From an uncultured Methylomirabilota bacterium (GTDB taxonomy: Bacteria; Methylomirabilota; Methylomirabilia; Methylomirabilales; 2-02-FULL-66-22): a DNA stretch of 64,000 nucleotides. The stretch spans positions 3,392,001 through 3,456,000 of the forward strand of contig OY970067.1 in the NCBI GenBank assembly GCA_963705305.1, written 5' to 3'. A program made the translations under genes and the position numbers. Positions within the stretch are counted from its first letter, which is position 1. Each line of letters starts with the position of its first letter. The notes under the pieces are model-generated. The model made no database searches. It was not told the origin of the DNA and saw only the letters and a list, made by a program, of their open reading frames with translations. Of the stretch, positions 1 to 12,008 are shown piece by piece.

Positions 1-1
1 C

Positions 2-205
2 AACGAGATCGTTCGGCTGCTCGGCGAGGCGGTTGGACGCAGCGTCTCGGCCCGGCATGGTCCGGCCAAGGCGGGCGAGCAGCGGCGCAGCGCCCTGGAC
101 GCGAGACTGGCCAAGACCCGGATGGGGTGGGAGCCGGTCATGGAAATCGAGGAGGGCCTGGCCGGCACCTTGGCATGGTTTCGGGCGCACGCGTCCCGGG
201 TGTAA
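2..205 (+). CDS. NAD-dependent epimerase/dehydratase (GalE-like), 3' end, partial
   Basis: Frame from position 2 reads NEIVRLL...PAKAGEQRRSALDARLAKTRMGWEPVMEIEEGLAGTLAWF..TAA, a typical extended-SDR epimerase C-terminus. Confidence 0.8.
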   Translation, partial: NEIVRLLGEAVGRSVSARHGPAKAGEQRRSALDARLAKTRMGWEPVMEIEEGLAGTLAWFRAHASRV

Positions 206-259
206 CGGACCGGGACGTGTTGGCCTGGCGGCTGTCCGCGCGGGCATCGCGGCAGGCCA

Positions 260-335
260 TCTTAGCAGGCTGCTGAAAAAGGCCCATCTGCCGGGTACCC
301 ATCTGATGGGTGCTCATCCTTTGGACGGGTGCCCC
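260..335. mobile_element. MITE-like end fragment with nested hairpin
   Basis: TCTTAGCAGGCTGCTGAAAAAGGCCCATCTGC (260-291) is identical to 63863-63894; both copies also carry CCGGGTACCCATC...GATGGGTG. Confidence 0.65.
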
Positions 336-351
336 GCCCGCTCGCGCGGCT

Positions 352-381
352 TTGACAAAGCGAAGGGCTCCGTGCTACAAG
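352..381 (+). promoter_or_regulatory. Putative sigma70 promoter
   Basis: TTGACA-18nt-TACAAG with TGn extension. Confidence 0.5.
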
Positions 382-484
382 AGCCCGCCCCGCCGCTCGG
401 GCTCGGGGGGCGGGGTGCGGAGTCGGTTGGCAGTCGGTCGCCGTCCCGTTCGTCCCGGCGGGAGGACAACATGGAGGATCGGTC

Positions 485-1711
485 TTGAGCCGTCCGACAA
501 CAAGCTTCAACGTCCTCGTGATCGGCGCCGGCCCCGCCGGCTCGACAGCCGCGGAGCGTCTGGCTGCGAGCGGCTTGGGGGTGGCGGTCCTGGAGGAGCA
601 CGCGATCATCGGCGAGCCGGTGGACTGTACGGGCGTAGTCGGAGCCGAGCTGTTTCAGCATTTCGACCTTCCCTCCACGCTTATTGTCGGGAGCGTGGAG
701 GCGGTGACCATCCACTCCCCCGGCGGGATCGCCGCGACGTACCGAGCCCCGGCACCACTGGCTCATATCGTGGACCGCGCCCGACTGGATCAGGCGCTGG
801 CGGCTCGGGCGCAGGAGGCGGGCGCTGCGATCCTGCTCAGGACCCAGGCGCTGGACATCGTTCGCAACGATCGCAGGGTGACCGTGGTGTGCCGTGGGCC
901 CGAGGGCGAGCCCCGCAGTCTTTCGGCCCCCCTGGTGATCCTGGCCGGCGGGCCTCGCTTCACGTTTCAGGAGCGACTGGGGCTCGGCACGTGTTCCCTG
1001 CTGTGGCGAAGCGCCCACGCGGAGCTCCCCGGCAACGGCCTGCCCCACGCCCAGGTGTTCCTCGGGCGGGACATCGCCCCGGGCGCGTTCGGGTGGGCGG
1101 TACCCATCCGGCGTTCCGGCCACTCCTCCGTGCGGGTGGGTGTGAACAGCCACGCCGACGCGGCCCGCTATCTCCGCCAGTTGTGCGAGACCAAATTCCC
1201 TCACCTGCTCCCCTCCGGCGCCCTCTTCCGCTCCCGGTCGTGGGTGGTGCCCATTGTGCCGCTCTCCAGCACCTACGGCGATCGAGTGCTGGCGGTGGGG
1301 GACGCCGCCGGACAGGTCAAGCCCACCTCCGGGGGGGGCATCTATTACGGAATGCTGAGCGCCCGGGCGGCGGCGGAGACGGCGATCGAGGCGTTTCGCC
1401 GCGGCCGCTTCGGCCGCGACACCTTGGCCGCCTACGAGCAGCGCTGGCGGTCGCGTTTGGGACTGGAGCTCAAGATCGGGACGCTGTTCCGGCGACTCTT
1501 CTGCCGGATGGCGGACGGGGACATGGACGACCTGTTTCGCACGCTGCACGCGGATGACCTCTTGGGCCGCATCGCCGGGACCGTCCGATTCGACTGGCAC
1601 CACGAGCTGATCGCGTTCCTGTTACGCCACCCCAAGGTCGCCCGGATCCTGCTGCGTCGGTGCTGGGATCGAGGATCCGAGCCGCACTTCTCGGACCTTC
1701 CGGCGATCTGA
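485..1711 (+). CDS. Geranylgeranyl reductase family FAD-dependent oxidoreductase
   Basis: N-terminal VIGAGPAGS FAD motif; VGDAAGQVKPTSGGGIYYG; TTG start with GGAGG upstream. Confidence 0.85.
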   Translation: MSRPTTSFNVLVIGAGPAGSTAAERLAASGLGVAVLEEHAIIGEPVDCTGVVGAELFQHFDLPSTLIVGSVEAVTIHSPGGIAATYRAPAPLAHIVDRARLDQALAARAQEAGAAILLRTQALDIVRNDRRVTVVCRGPEGEPRSLSAPLVILAGGPRFTFQERLGLGTCSLLWRSAHAELPGNGLPHAQVFLGRDIAPGAFGWAVPIRRSGHSSVRVGVNSHADAARYLRQLCETKFPHLLPSGALFRSRSWVVPIVPLSSTYGDRVLAVGDAAGQVKPTSGGGIYYGMLSARAAAETAIEAFRRGRFGRDTLAAYEQRWRSRLGLELKIGTLFRRLFCRMADGDMDDLFRTLHADDLLGRIAGTVRFDWHHELIAFLLRHPKVARILLRRCWDRGSEPHFSDLPAI

Positions 1712-1920
1712 TCCGGGGCTCCGCTCCGGCGGCAGTGCTCCCCCGCCGTTCCTGTGGACGAGCCGCCGCCCCCCGTGAGCCCCCGGCCGCGGGCCGCGGC
1801 CAGCTGGCGCGCGCCGCGAGGACAGCCGGCCGGGTGGCCGGTTGCGCCTGTCGCCTCGGCCGTTCGGCGGCACACCGGGTCCGTGCCGCCGCCAACGACC
1901 CGGCCGGCGCCGGCCTGGCA

Positions 1921-1950
1921 TTGACCCGGGCAGCCAGTTCTGGGTACACT
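1921..1950 (+). promoter_or_regulatory. Putative sigma70 promoter
   Basis: TTGACC-18nt-TACACT upstream of 2009. Confidence 0.5.
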
Positions 1951-2008
1951 ACTGGCCAGCGCCGTCCGTCCCGCGCGTTTTCCGGGTAGGGGGAGGACGA
2001 GGGGAGAG

Positions 2009-3217
2009 ATGACGTCCCACACACAGGGGCAGGCGCCGATCAACGTCCTCATCGTCGGGGCAGGCATGCACGTCTGCGGCCGCGGCACTCCCGCCTGCGG
2101 GACGGTGCTGCCCGCCGTCGTCCAGGCCTACCGGGACGGGTTGGTCAAGCGGATGCTGGTGGCTGCCACCAGCGCCGATTCCATCCAGAGCTGTCGGGAG
2201 AAGCTGGGCGTCTTGAACGCCCAGCTGGGCACGGACGCCCGCTTGGAGGGGTTCCCCCAGCGCGGACGCGACCCCGAAGCGTGGCGCGAGGCTCTGGAGA
2301 CGCTGGGGGCCCGGGGCTGCGTCATCATCGTGGTGCCGGACGACCTCCATGCTCCCGTCGCCGCGGAGGCGATCCGGCGGGGCTTCCCCGTCCTGGTGGA
2401 AAAGCCGCTCACCCCGAGGCTGGCCGAGGCCCAGGCGCTGGTGGAGCTCGCCTCTACGGCGGGGGTCTACGGCGCCGTGGACTTTCACAAGCGGTGGGAT
2501 CTCGTGAACCTGAAGCTGCGCGAGGCGGTGGAGGACGGTCGGCTCGGCTCTCCCCTCTACTCGCTCGTGGAGTATAGCCAGCGCCGGATCATTCCGGAGC
2601 AGATCTTTCGCGGCTGGGCGGAGCGGGCCAATCCGTTCCAGTATCTCTGCGTCCACTTTCTGGACGTGCTCGCCTTTGCGCTGTCGGCGGTCCCGCGCCG
2701 CGCCATGGCGGTGGGGCAGCGGGCCCATCTCGCCGCTCGCGCCATTCACACGTACGACGCGGTCCAGGCGCTGGTGGAGTGGGAGGTCCCGGGATCCGCA
2801 ACGCCTTTCGTCTCCGCCTTCGCCTGCAACTGGATCGACCCCAACACAACGTCGGCCCTGTCGTATCAATCGCTGAAGGTGGTCGGCACGCTGGGGCGCT
2901 TCGAATCCGACCAGAAGAATCGCGGCCTGCAGATGGTCACGGAATCCGGCGGGGTCGAGGATATCAATCCGTATTTCACCCAGAGCTACCCGGGCGCGGA
3001 CCGCGCCCGCCGGGAGTACCGGGGGTACGGCATCGACAGCGTTCGGACCTTCCTGGAGGACGTGCGGCGCCTCCGGGACGGGGAGTGCCGGCCCGCCGAC
3101 TTGGAGCCGCACCGGCCGACCTTGCGGCAGGCCCTGGTCTCGACGGCGGTCGTGGATGCCGTCAACCGGAGCCTGGCCGCCGGCGGGGAGTGGATTTCGA
3201 TCCGAGTATCCGCGTGA
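2009..3217 (+). CDS. Gfo/Idh/MocA family oxidoreductase
   Basis: IVGAG Rossmann start, VPDDLH, VLVEKP motif, DFHKRWD. Confidence 0.85.
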   Translation: MTSHTQGQAPINVLIVGAGMHVCGRGTPACGTVLPAVVQAYRDGLVKRMLVAATSADSIQSCREKLGVLNAQLGTDARLEGFPQRGRDPEAWREALETLGARGCVIIVVPDDLHAPVAAEAIRRGFPVLVEKPLTPRLAEAQALVELASTAGVYGAVDFHKRWDLVNLKLREAVEDGRLGSPLYSLVEYSQRRIIPEQIFRGWAERANPFQYLCVHFLDVLAFALSAVPRRAMAVGQRAHLAARAIHTYDAVQALVEWEVPGSATPFVSAFACNWIDPNTTSALSYQSLKVVGTLGRFESDQKNRGLQMVTESGGVEDINPYFTQSYPGADRARREYRGYGIDSVRTFLEDVRRLRDGECRPADLEPHRPTLRQALVSTAVVDAVNRSLAAGGEWISIRVSA

Positions 3218-3341
3218 AAACGTCGGGGGAGCCGATCCCCCGCTCTCGGCCTCGCGCCGCCCGACCGGGCGCCGGAGCCGGTTGGCAGAAGGGCCGGGAA
3301 GGCACGGCCGATCCCGCCGCCACCCAGGAAGGAGCAATCTG

Positions 3342-4703
3342 ATGCCCGAAACCAAGGTGCTGCTCACGGAGAAGAATCTCCCGACGCACTGGTACAACCT
3401 GCAGGCCGATCTGCCGTTTCCCCTGCCCCCCGTGATCCACCCTGGCACCAAGCAGCCCATCGGCCCCCAGGATCTGGCCCCGGTGTTTCCCATGGCCCTC
3501 ATCGGCCAGGAGGTCAGCCGGGAGCGCTGGGTGGAGATCCCCGAGCCGGTGCGGGATATCTACCGCCTGTGGCGGCCGACCCCCCTGTATCGGGCGCACC
3601 GACTGGAGCGGGCCCTGGATACGCCGGCCCGGATCTACTACAAGTGGGAGGGGGTGAGCCCGGCGGGCAGCCACAAGCCGAACACGGCCGTGGCCCAGGC
3701 CTACTACAATCGGCAGGAGGGCATCCGCCGCCTCACGACGGAAACGGGGGCGGGCCAGTGGGGGAGTGCCCTGGCATTCGCGGCGCAGCAGTTCGGCCTG
3801 GAATGCCAGGTCTACATGGTGCGGATCAGCTACGAGCAGAAGCCGTACCGGCGAGTGATGATGGAGACCTGGGGGGCCCGGGTGACGCCGAGCCCCAGCC
3901 AGGAGACCCGGGCCGGGCGAGCCATCCTGGCAAAAGACCCCGACTCGCCCGGCAGTCTCGGCATCGCCATCAGCGAGGCGGTCGAGGCGGCGGTGTCGGG
4001 GCAGGCCACCCGGTATTCCCTGGGAAGCGTGCTGAACCACGTGCTGATGCACCAGACCGTGATCGGACTGGAGGCGAAGCAGCAGTTCGAGATGATCGGC
4101 GAATCCCCGGATGTCCTGGTCGGCTGCGTGGGCGGAGGCAGCTCCTTCGCCGGATTCACCTTCCCGTTTGTTCAGGACAAGCTGTCGGGGAAGACCCCGC
4201 GTCTCCGCATCGTGGCGGTGGAGCCGACGGCCTGCCCCTCCATGACCAAAGGCAAGTATCTGTACGATTTCGGCGATACCGCCGGAACGACCCCGCTCAT
4301 GAAGATGTACACCCTGGGCCACTCGTTCATCCCGGCCCCCATTCACGCGGGTGGGCTGCGCTATCACGGGATGGCCCCCCTGGTTTGCGTCCTGTACGAC
4401 CACCAAGTCATCGAGGCGGTGGCGGTCCACCAGAATCCCGTCTTTCAGGCGGCGGTGCAGTTCGCCCGCACGGAGGGCATTCTGCCGGCGCCGGAGCCCT
4501 CGCACGCCATCCGCGTCGTCATCGACGAGGCGCTTCGCTGCCGGGAGCGGGGGGAGGGGAAGGTGATCGCCTTCGTTCTGTGTGGCCACGGCCACTTCGA
4601 CCTGTCGTCCTACGAACGCTACCTGGCGGGGAAGCTGGAGGATTTCGCGCTGCCGCAGTCGGCGATCGACGAGGCCCTCAGCCTGGTCCCCAAGGTGGAG
4701 TGA
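3342..4703 (+). CDS. trpB2: TrpB-like PLP enzyme (tryptophan synthase beta type 2)
   Basis: [14 protein letters not shown] lysine, [29 protein letters not shown]. Confidence 0.93.
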   Translation: MPETKVLLTEKNLPTHWYNLQADLPFPLPPVIHPGTKQPIGPQDLAPVFPMALIGQEVSRERWVEIPEPVRDIYRLWRPTPLYRAHRLERALDTPARIYYKWEGVSPAGSHKPNTAVAQAYYNRQEGIRRLTTETGAGQWGSALAFAAQQFGLECQVYMVRISYEQKPYRRVMMETWGARVTPSPSQETRAGRAILAKDPDSPGSLGIAISEAVEAAVSGQATRYSLGSVLNHVLMHQTVIGLEAKQQFEMIGESPDVLVGCVGGGSSFAGFTFPFVQDKLSGKTPRLRIVAVEPTACPSMTKGKYLYDFGDTAGTTPLMKMYTLGHSFIPAPIHAGGLRYHGMAPLVCVLYDHQVIEAVAVHQNPVFQAAVQFARTEGILPAPEPSHAIRVVIDEALRCRERGEGKVIAFVLCGHGHFDLSSYERYLAGKLEDFALPQSAIDEALSLVPKVE

Positions 4704-4714
4704 GGGAGGAGCGC

Positions 4715-5476
4715 ATGGCAGAGGCGGAGAATACCCTGGCAGTCTTCGTCGACTTCGAGAACCTCGCCCAAGGGTTCAAGCACGGCAAGGAGGACTTCGA
4801 CATCCAGCGTGTCCTGGAGCGTCTGGTGGAGAAAGGGAAGGTGATCGTCAAGGTCGCCTACGCGGACTGGAGCCGCTACGCCAAGTACAAGCAGTATCTG
4901 CACGAGGCGGCCATCGAGCTGATCGAGATCCCCAAGCGGTCCATGACCGGCAAGAACTCCGCCGACATCCGCCTGTGCGTGGACGCCATGGACCTCTGCT
5001 ATTCCAAAGAGCACATCGACACCTTCGTGATCGTCTCCGGCGACAGCGACTTCTCCCCCCTGGTCTCCAAGCTGAAGGAGAACGGGAAGCGAGTCATCGG
5101 GCTGGGGATGAAAGGCTCGACCTCCACCCTCCTCAGCGACAACTGCGACGAGTTCATCTATTACGAGAACCTGGCCGCCGCCGACCAGATCGTCACCCCC
5201 GGCGTTCGGGATATCCCGAAGGAGAAGCGGGAGGTGTTCGAGCTGCTCTTCGAGACCATGACCGGCCTGATGCGGGAGAACAAGGAGATCCTCTGGTCCT
5301 CGATGATCAAGGACACCATGAAGCGGAAGCGGCCGGCCTTCTCCGAGCGGGCCTACGGCTACCGGACCTTCAGCGACCTGCTGGAGGACGCCCAGAAGCT
5401 GGGCTTCATCACGCTGCGGACCGATCCGACTAGCGGGACGTACGTCGTGGTGGGATTCGCCAAACCGGGGCGCTGA
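4715..5476 (+). CDS. NYN (LabA/DUF88 PIN-like) domain protein with C-terminal OST-HTH/LOTUS
   Basis: AVFVDFEN, GKNSADI, VSGDSDFSPL; C-terminal FSERAYGYRTFSDLLE. Confidence 0.9.
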   Translation: MAEAENTLAVFVDFENLAQGFKHGKEDFDIQRVLERLVEKGKVIVKVAYADWSRYAKYKQYLHEAAIELIEIPKRSMTGKNSADIRLCVDAMDLCYSKEHIDTFVIVSGDSDFSPLVSKLKENGKRVIGLGMKGSTSTLLSDNCDEFIYYENLAAADQIVTPGVRDIPKEKREVFELLFETMTGLMRENKEILWSSMIKDTMKRKRPAFSERAYGYRTFSDLLEDAQKLGFITLRTDPTSGTYVVVGFAKPGR

Positions 5477-5527
5477 GGCGCCCCGCACGGCCGGGACGGG
5501 CGGAGGGCGGACCGGCTCGCGGCCCCG

Positions 5528-6511
5528 TCAATCCGCCGGGTGCATGTGCTGCAGCCGCTCGAACTCTTCGGCGTGCTCGCGCAGGATGGACAGCAGCTCG
5601 TGGACCTTGGCCTCCAGCTGCTGGATCATGCGCTGGTTCCGGATGGCCAGGCGGCGGCGCTCCAGGGCGCGCGAGACCGTGGCCAGCATCATCTCGGTCT
5701 TGAACCCCTTGACGATGAAGTCGAAGGCGCCCAGGCGGAGCGCGGCGATGGCATTCTCCGAAGTCGGGTGGGCGGTGATGATGATGACGGGGGAGTCGGG
5801 GATCAGCTCGCCGAGGCTGGCCAGAACCTCGAGGCCGGACATGCCCGGCATCAGGATGTCCAGCAGGACGACGTCGATCGGCTCCCGGCGGGCGATCTCG
5901 AGCGCCTGGGCGCCGCTGTCCGCCGTGTGTACGAGGTATCCCTTCTCATGCAGGGCGTCGGCGTAGAGCTGGCGCGCCAGCGCATCATCGTCGACCGCCA
6001 GGATGACGGGGGCGCTGGACGCGGGGGGCGCCAGGGGGCGGCCCTGGGGGCGCCGGGCATGGCGGTCCGCTTCGCGCGCATGCAAGGAGGCCAACGCTTC
6101 ATCCAGGTCCCGGTTCAGGTGGCCGACCTTCAGCAGGGCCTCGACCCGGGCCAGGAGCTCAGGGCGCTGGAACGGCTTGGTCAGAATGTCATCCCCGCCC
6201 ATCGCCAGGGCCCGCTCCTTGTCTCCCACGGTGCTGAGGGCCGTCACGAAGAGGACGGGAATGTCACGGGTCTCGGGGTCCGTCTTGAGACGGGCGCACA
6301 CCTCGAATCCCGACACTCCAGGCATCATGAGGTCCAGGAGGATCAGGTCGGGCCGCTCGCGCTGCGCCATGGTCAGGCCCTCCTGGCCGCCGCCGGCCAG
6401 CAGGACCTCGTATCCTGCCGGGACGAGCAGGGCCTCCAGGAGCTCCAGGTTCTGCGGTTCGTCGTCCACGGCCAGGATGCGGGCGGGCGGATTGCCCTGG
6501 GGGGTCGGCAT
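5528..6511 (-). CDS. Response regulator with two receiver domains
   Basis: Two REC domains (ILAVDDE..LLDLMMPG..KP; ILAVDDD..LLDILMPG..K) and a short helical tail. Confidence 0.85.
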   Translation of the reverse strand: MPTPQGNPPARILAVDDEPQNLELLEALLVPAGYEVLLAGGGQEGLTMAQRERPDLILLDLMMPGVSGFEVCARLKTDPETRDIPVLFVTALSTVGDKERALAMGGDDILTKPFQRPELLARVEALLKVGHLNRDLDEALASLHAREADRHARRPQGRPLAPPASSAPVILAVDDDALARQLYADALHEKGYLVHTADSGAQALEIARREPIDVVLLDILMPGMSGLEVLASLGELIPDSPVIIITAHPTSENAIAALRLGAFDFIVKGFKTEMMLATVSRALERRRLAIRNQRMIQQLEAKVHELLSILREHAEEFERLQHMHPAD

Positions 6512-6610
6512 CGGCAGCTCCTCTCGATGGGCGGCTCGCCTGGGCCCGCGGGCGAGCCGGGAACCGGGGACGGGAGGCGCGGACGTTTTTGCCCGCTTCC
6601 ATGGCCCCTT

Positions 6611-6639
6611 ACCCTAATGCAAACCCGGAAAGGTGTCAA
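6611..6639 (-). promoter_or_regulatory. Putative sigma70 promoter for the response regulator
   Basis: Minus strand TTGACA-17nt-TAGGGT. Confidence 0.5.
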
Positions 6640-6742
6640 TGTCGGTGCCCGGCTTGTTCCCCGGCCTAGCCAATGAGGGATCGGGCCGGTGTGGGCGTGC
6701 GGGCAGATCCTGATGGCGGTCATACGCGCCGGGAGCGAACGG

Positions 6743-7852
6743 ATGAAACTGGAGCGGGTCAAGAGGGTCCTCCTCATCCGGCACCGGAGGATCGGAGACG
6801 TCGTCACCGTCACTCCCTGCATCCGGGCAATCAAAGAGACCTTTCCGGACGTCCATCTCGCCGTCCTGGTGGACAAGTCCACAGAGGGCGTCCTGCGGGG
6901 CCATCCCATGGTCGACGAGCTGATTGTCCTGGACAAGGACGCGTGCCGATCGGCGGGACGCGCCGGCAAACTGTGTAAGGAGGCGGCCTTCTTGTGGGGG
7001 CTGCGACGGAGGCGATTCGATCTGGTGATCAACCTGCACGGTGGACCCCGCAGCGCCATCGAGACACTGTGCGCCGGGGCCAGGTATCGTCTGGGTGGGT
7101 TCCCGTCCTGGCATCACTGGAACTGGGTGTACAACATCCGGACGCGGCCCCTGCGGGAGGTGCTGGGGGCGGGCGAAGAATCCCATATCGTGCTGCGGCA
7201 CCTGGCCACGCTCAGGGCCGCCGGAATCACGACCGCCGATACCCGTCTCGTCATGGGAGTCACCGGCAAGGCGCAGGCATCCCTGGATCGGCTGCTGGCG
7301 TCTCAGGGGCTGACGGCGGGTCGAGACATCGTAGTCATCTTTCCGGCCTCACGGCGCCGCGACGCGTGCTGGCCCGCGGAGCGGTTCGCCCAAGTGGCGG
7401 ACTGGCTCGTTCAAGAGTTCGCCGTGACGGTCGTCCTGGTTGCCGGCCCCGGCGAGCGGGCGGTCTGCGGCGAGGTCCGGGCGGCCATGCAGCAGGAAGC
7501 CATCGATCTGAGCGGGCTGATCGGCCTCCAAGAGCTGGCGGCGCTGCTGCAGCGCTCCGCGATGTTCATCGGCCTGGACGGCGGCCCGATCCACATTGCG
7601 GCTGCCGTGGGGACGCCGATCGTCGGGCTATACGGCCCCACGTCCGATACGTGGCGGCCCTGGACGACGCAGAGCATTCTGGTGCGGCCTTTCAACTTGC
7701 GCCAGCGGGCTTCGGGAGAGTGCCCCCAGGCTCCCTCGGCAGGCATGGATGGCATCAGCGTCGCGCAGGTCTGTGAGGCCGTCCGGCGCCTCCGCGCCCG
7801 CCTGGGGTCTGCGGGCGGGCACCCGGCGAAGGCGGCGCCAGGGCAGGGCTGA
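6743..7852 (+). CDS. GT9 ADP-heptose:LPS heptosyltransferase family
   Basis: RRIGDVV, FDLVINLHG, DGGPIHIAAAVGTP. Confidence 0.88.
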   Translation: MKLERVKRVLLIRHRRIGDVVTVTPCIRAIKETFPDVHLAVLVDKSTEGVLRGHPMVDELIVLDKDACRSAGRAGKLCKEAAFLWGLRRRRFDLVINLHGGPRSAIETLCAGARYRLGGFPSWHHWNWVYNIRTRPLREVLGAGEESHIVLRHLATLRAAGITTADTRLVMGVTGKAQASLDRLLASQGLTAGRDIVVIFPASRRRDACWPAERFAQVADWLVQEFAVTVVLVAGPGERAVCGEVRAAMQQEAIDLSGLIGLQELAALLQRSAMFIGLDGGPIHIAAAVGTPIVGLYGPTSDTWRPWTTQSILVRPFNLRQRASGECPQAPSAGMDGISVAQVCEAVRRLRARLGSAGGHPAKAAPGQG

Positions 7853-7883
7853 CGTTCCGGCCGGCCGGACATCCTTTCGCGAG

Positions 7884-7907
7884 ACCCGCCGCGTGCGGCG
7901 GGTTTTT
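7884..7907 (+). terminator. Rho-independent terminator
   Basis: ACCCGCCGC-GT-GCGGCGGGT followed by a T tract. Confidence 0.65.
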
Positions 7908-7909
7908 CC

Positions 7910-7938
7910 TTGACGGTCCAAGACGCCTCGCGGAGAAT
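7910..7938 (+). promoter_or_regulatory. Putative sigma70 promoter of the nucleotide-sugar operon
   Basis: TTGACG-17nt-GAGAAT. Confidence 0.45.
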
Positions 7939-8045
7939 ACGCGCCATCACGGGCGGCTCGGCCATTCGGCGGGCCGAGGGATTGCCTTCCCGGTGGATGG
8001 CAGAACGGCCAGCCGCCCGAGCGTTTGCCCACTCCGAGGCCCCCG

Positions 8046-9497
8046 ATGACCGATATCCATTTTGGGACCGACGGCTGGCGCGGCGTCATCGCCGATGAGG
8101 TGACCTTCTCCAGCGTGCGCCTGGTGGCGCGCGCCATCGCCCGGTGTGTCTTGGTGGGGGCGAGCGGCGAGGAGGCTCCGCACATCCTGATCGGGTACGA
8201 CACGCGGTTCCTGTCGCGGGAATTCGCCCAGGCGGCGGCCGGCGTCATGGCCGGGGAGGGGGTCCAGGTCAGCCTGGCGGAGAGCTTCGCGCCCACGCCC
8301 GCCCTCTCGTACGCCGTGGTCCGTCTGGGGGCCACCGGCGGGGTGGTCATCACGGCCAGCCACAACCCGCCGCTGTACAGCGGGGTGAAACTCAAGACGG
8401 CCTTCGGCGGATCCGCCCCCGCGACCTTCACCCAGGCAATCGAAGAGGAGATCCAGAGGCTGCAAGCGGACAGCCGGGAGCCGGACGGGGAGGGAAATTT
8501 CGAAATTCGAAATTCGAAATTCGAAATTGCGTACTTTGATCCCCGCGTCCTCTGGCTGGACCGTCTGGAGGAGCTGGCGGATGTGCCCCGGATCGGGAAG
8601 AGCCGGATGCGGGTCGTGCTGGATGTCATGTACGGGGCCGGCCAGGGCCTCCTGGCGGGGCGGCTGCGGCAGGCGGGCTGCGAGGTGCGCGAGCTGCACG
8701 CCGAGGTCAATCCGACCTTCGGCGGGCTTCACCCAGAGCCGATCCCCCGGTACATGGGTGCCCTCATCGAGGAGGTGAAGGGCTGGACGGGCCCCAAGCA
8801 TCCCGTCGGCTTCGCCTTCGACGGGGACAGCGATCGGATCGCCCCCGTGGACGAACTCGGCAACGTGCTCTCTCCCCATCAGACGCTGGCGCTCCTGGTC
8901 CGCCACCTCGCGCGCAACCGGCGGGAGCGGGGGGCCGTGGTGAAATCCGTGAACATCGGCCGCATGGTGGAGCTGGAAGCGGCTGCGCTGGGGCTACCCG
9001 TGGCGGTCACCCCCATCGGCTTTAAGTACATCGCCGCAGCCATGCGGGAGCATGGTGCGCTAGTGGGGGGGGAGGAGAGCGGCGGGTTCGCTGTGCGGGG
9101 GCACATCCCGGAGCGGGATCCGGGCCTGGTGTGCCTGCTGCTGCTGGAGTGCATGGCGATGACCGGCAAGTCGCTCGGCATGCTGGTGCGGGAGATGGAG
9201 ACCGAGTACGGGCCGCACCGATACGGCCGGATTGACCTGCGCCTCCCGACCCTGGCCGATCGCGACCGGGTGGTGGCGAGTCTTAAGGCGGCCCCCCCGG
9301 GGGAGCTGCTGTCCAAACTGGTCCGGCAGGTGGATTCGCTGGACGGGGTGAAGCTAATCCGGGCGGATCACAGCTGGGTGATGCTGCGGGCATCCGGTAC
9401 GGAGCCGCTGCTCCGCATCTACGCCGAGGCGCCGACGGATGCGGAGGTGGAGAGCCTGCTGATGTGGGGTCGGCGAACGACGCTGGGGGAGGCGTAG
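8046..9497 (+). CDS. Phosphoglucomutase/phosphomannomutase family
   Basis: FGTDGWRG, TASHNP, DGDSDR, GGEESGG, RASGTEP; contains an in-frame heptamer repeat. Confidence 0.93.
   Translation: MTDIHFGTDGWRGVIADEVTFSSVRLVARAIARCVLVGASGEEAPHILIGYDTRFLSREFAQAAAGVMAGEGVQVSLAESFAPTPALSYAVVRLGATGGVVITASHNPPLYSGVKLKTAFGGSAPATFTQAIEEEIQRLQADSREPDGEGNFEIRNSKFEIAYFDPRVLWLDRLEELADVPRIGKSRMRVVLDVMYGAGQGLLAGRLRQAGCEVRELHAEVNPTFGGLHPEPIPRYMGALIEEVKGWTGPKHPVGFAFDGDSDRIAPVDELGNVLSPHQTLALLVRHLARNRRERGAVVKSVNIGRMVELEAAALGLPVAVTPIGFKYIAAAMREHGALVGGEESGGFAVRGHIPERDPGLVCLLLLECMAMTGKSLGMLVREMETEYGPHRYGRIDLRLPTLADRDRVVASLKAAPPGELLSKLVRQVDSLDGVKLIRADHSWVMLRASGTEPLLRIYAEAPTDAEVESLLMWGRRTTLGEA
8492..8530. repeat. (TTCGAAA)4 heptamer element inside the PMM CDS
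   Basis: Four perfect TTCGAAA units at 8499-8526; near-identical inverted copy at 41962-41999. Confidence 0.9.
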
Positions 9498-9504
9498 GAT
9501 TCGG

Positions 9505-11986
<2,482 letters not shown>

Positions 11987-12008
11987 GAGAGGACCGAGGG
12001 AGCCTCCA

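Noticed and set aside
1660..1989. 109-aa ORF between the reductase and the oxidoreductase
   Set aside because: Low-complexity Ala/Arg/Gly sequence, no RBS, spans a promoter-like site
4715..5476. NYN protein as a toxin or defence system
   Set aside because: No antitoxin or defence partners nearby; NYN-LOTUS proteins are widespread
6554..6574. GAGCCGG GAACCGG GGACGGG as another heptamer array (similar weak cases near 8472, 9497 and 38125)
   Set aside because: Too short and degenerate to separate from chance in GC-rich DNA
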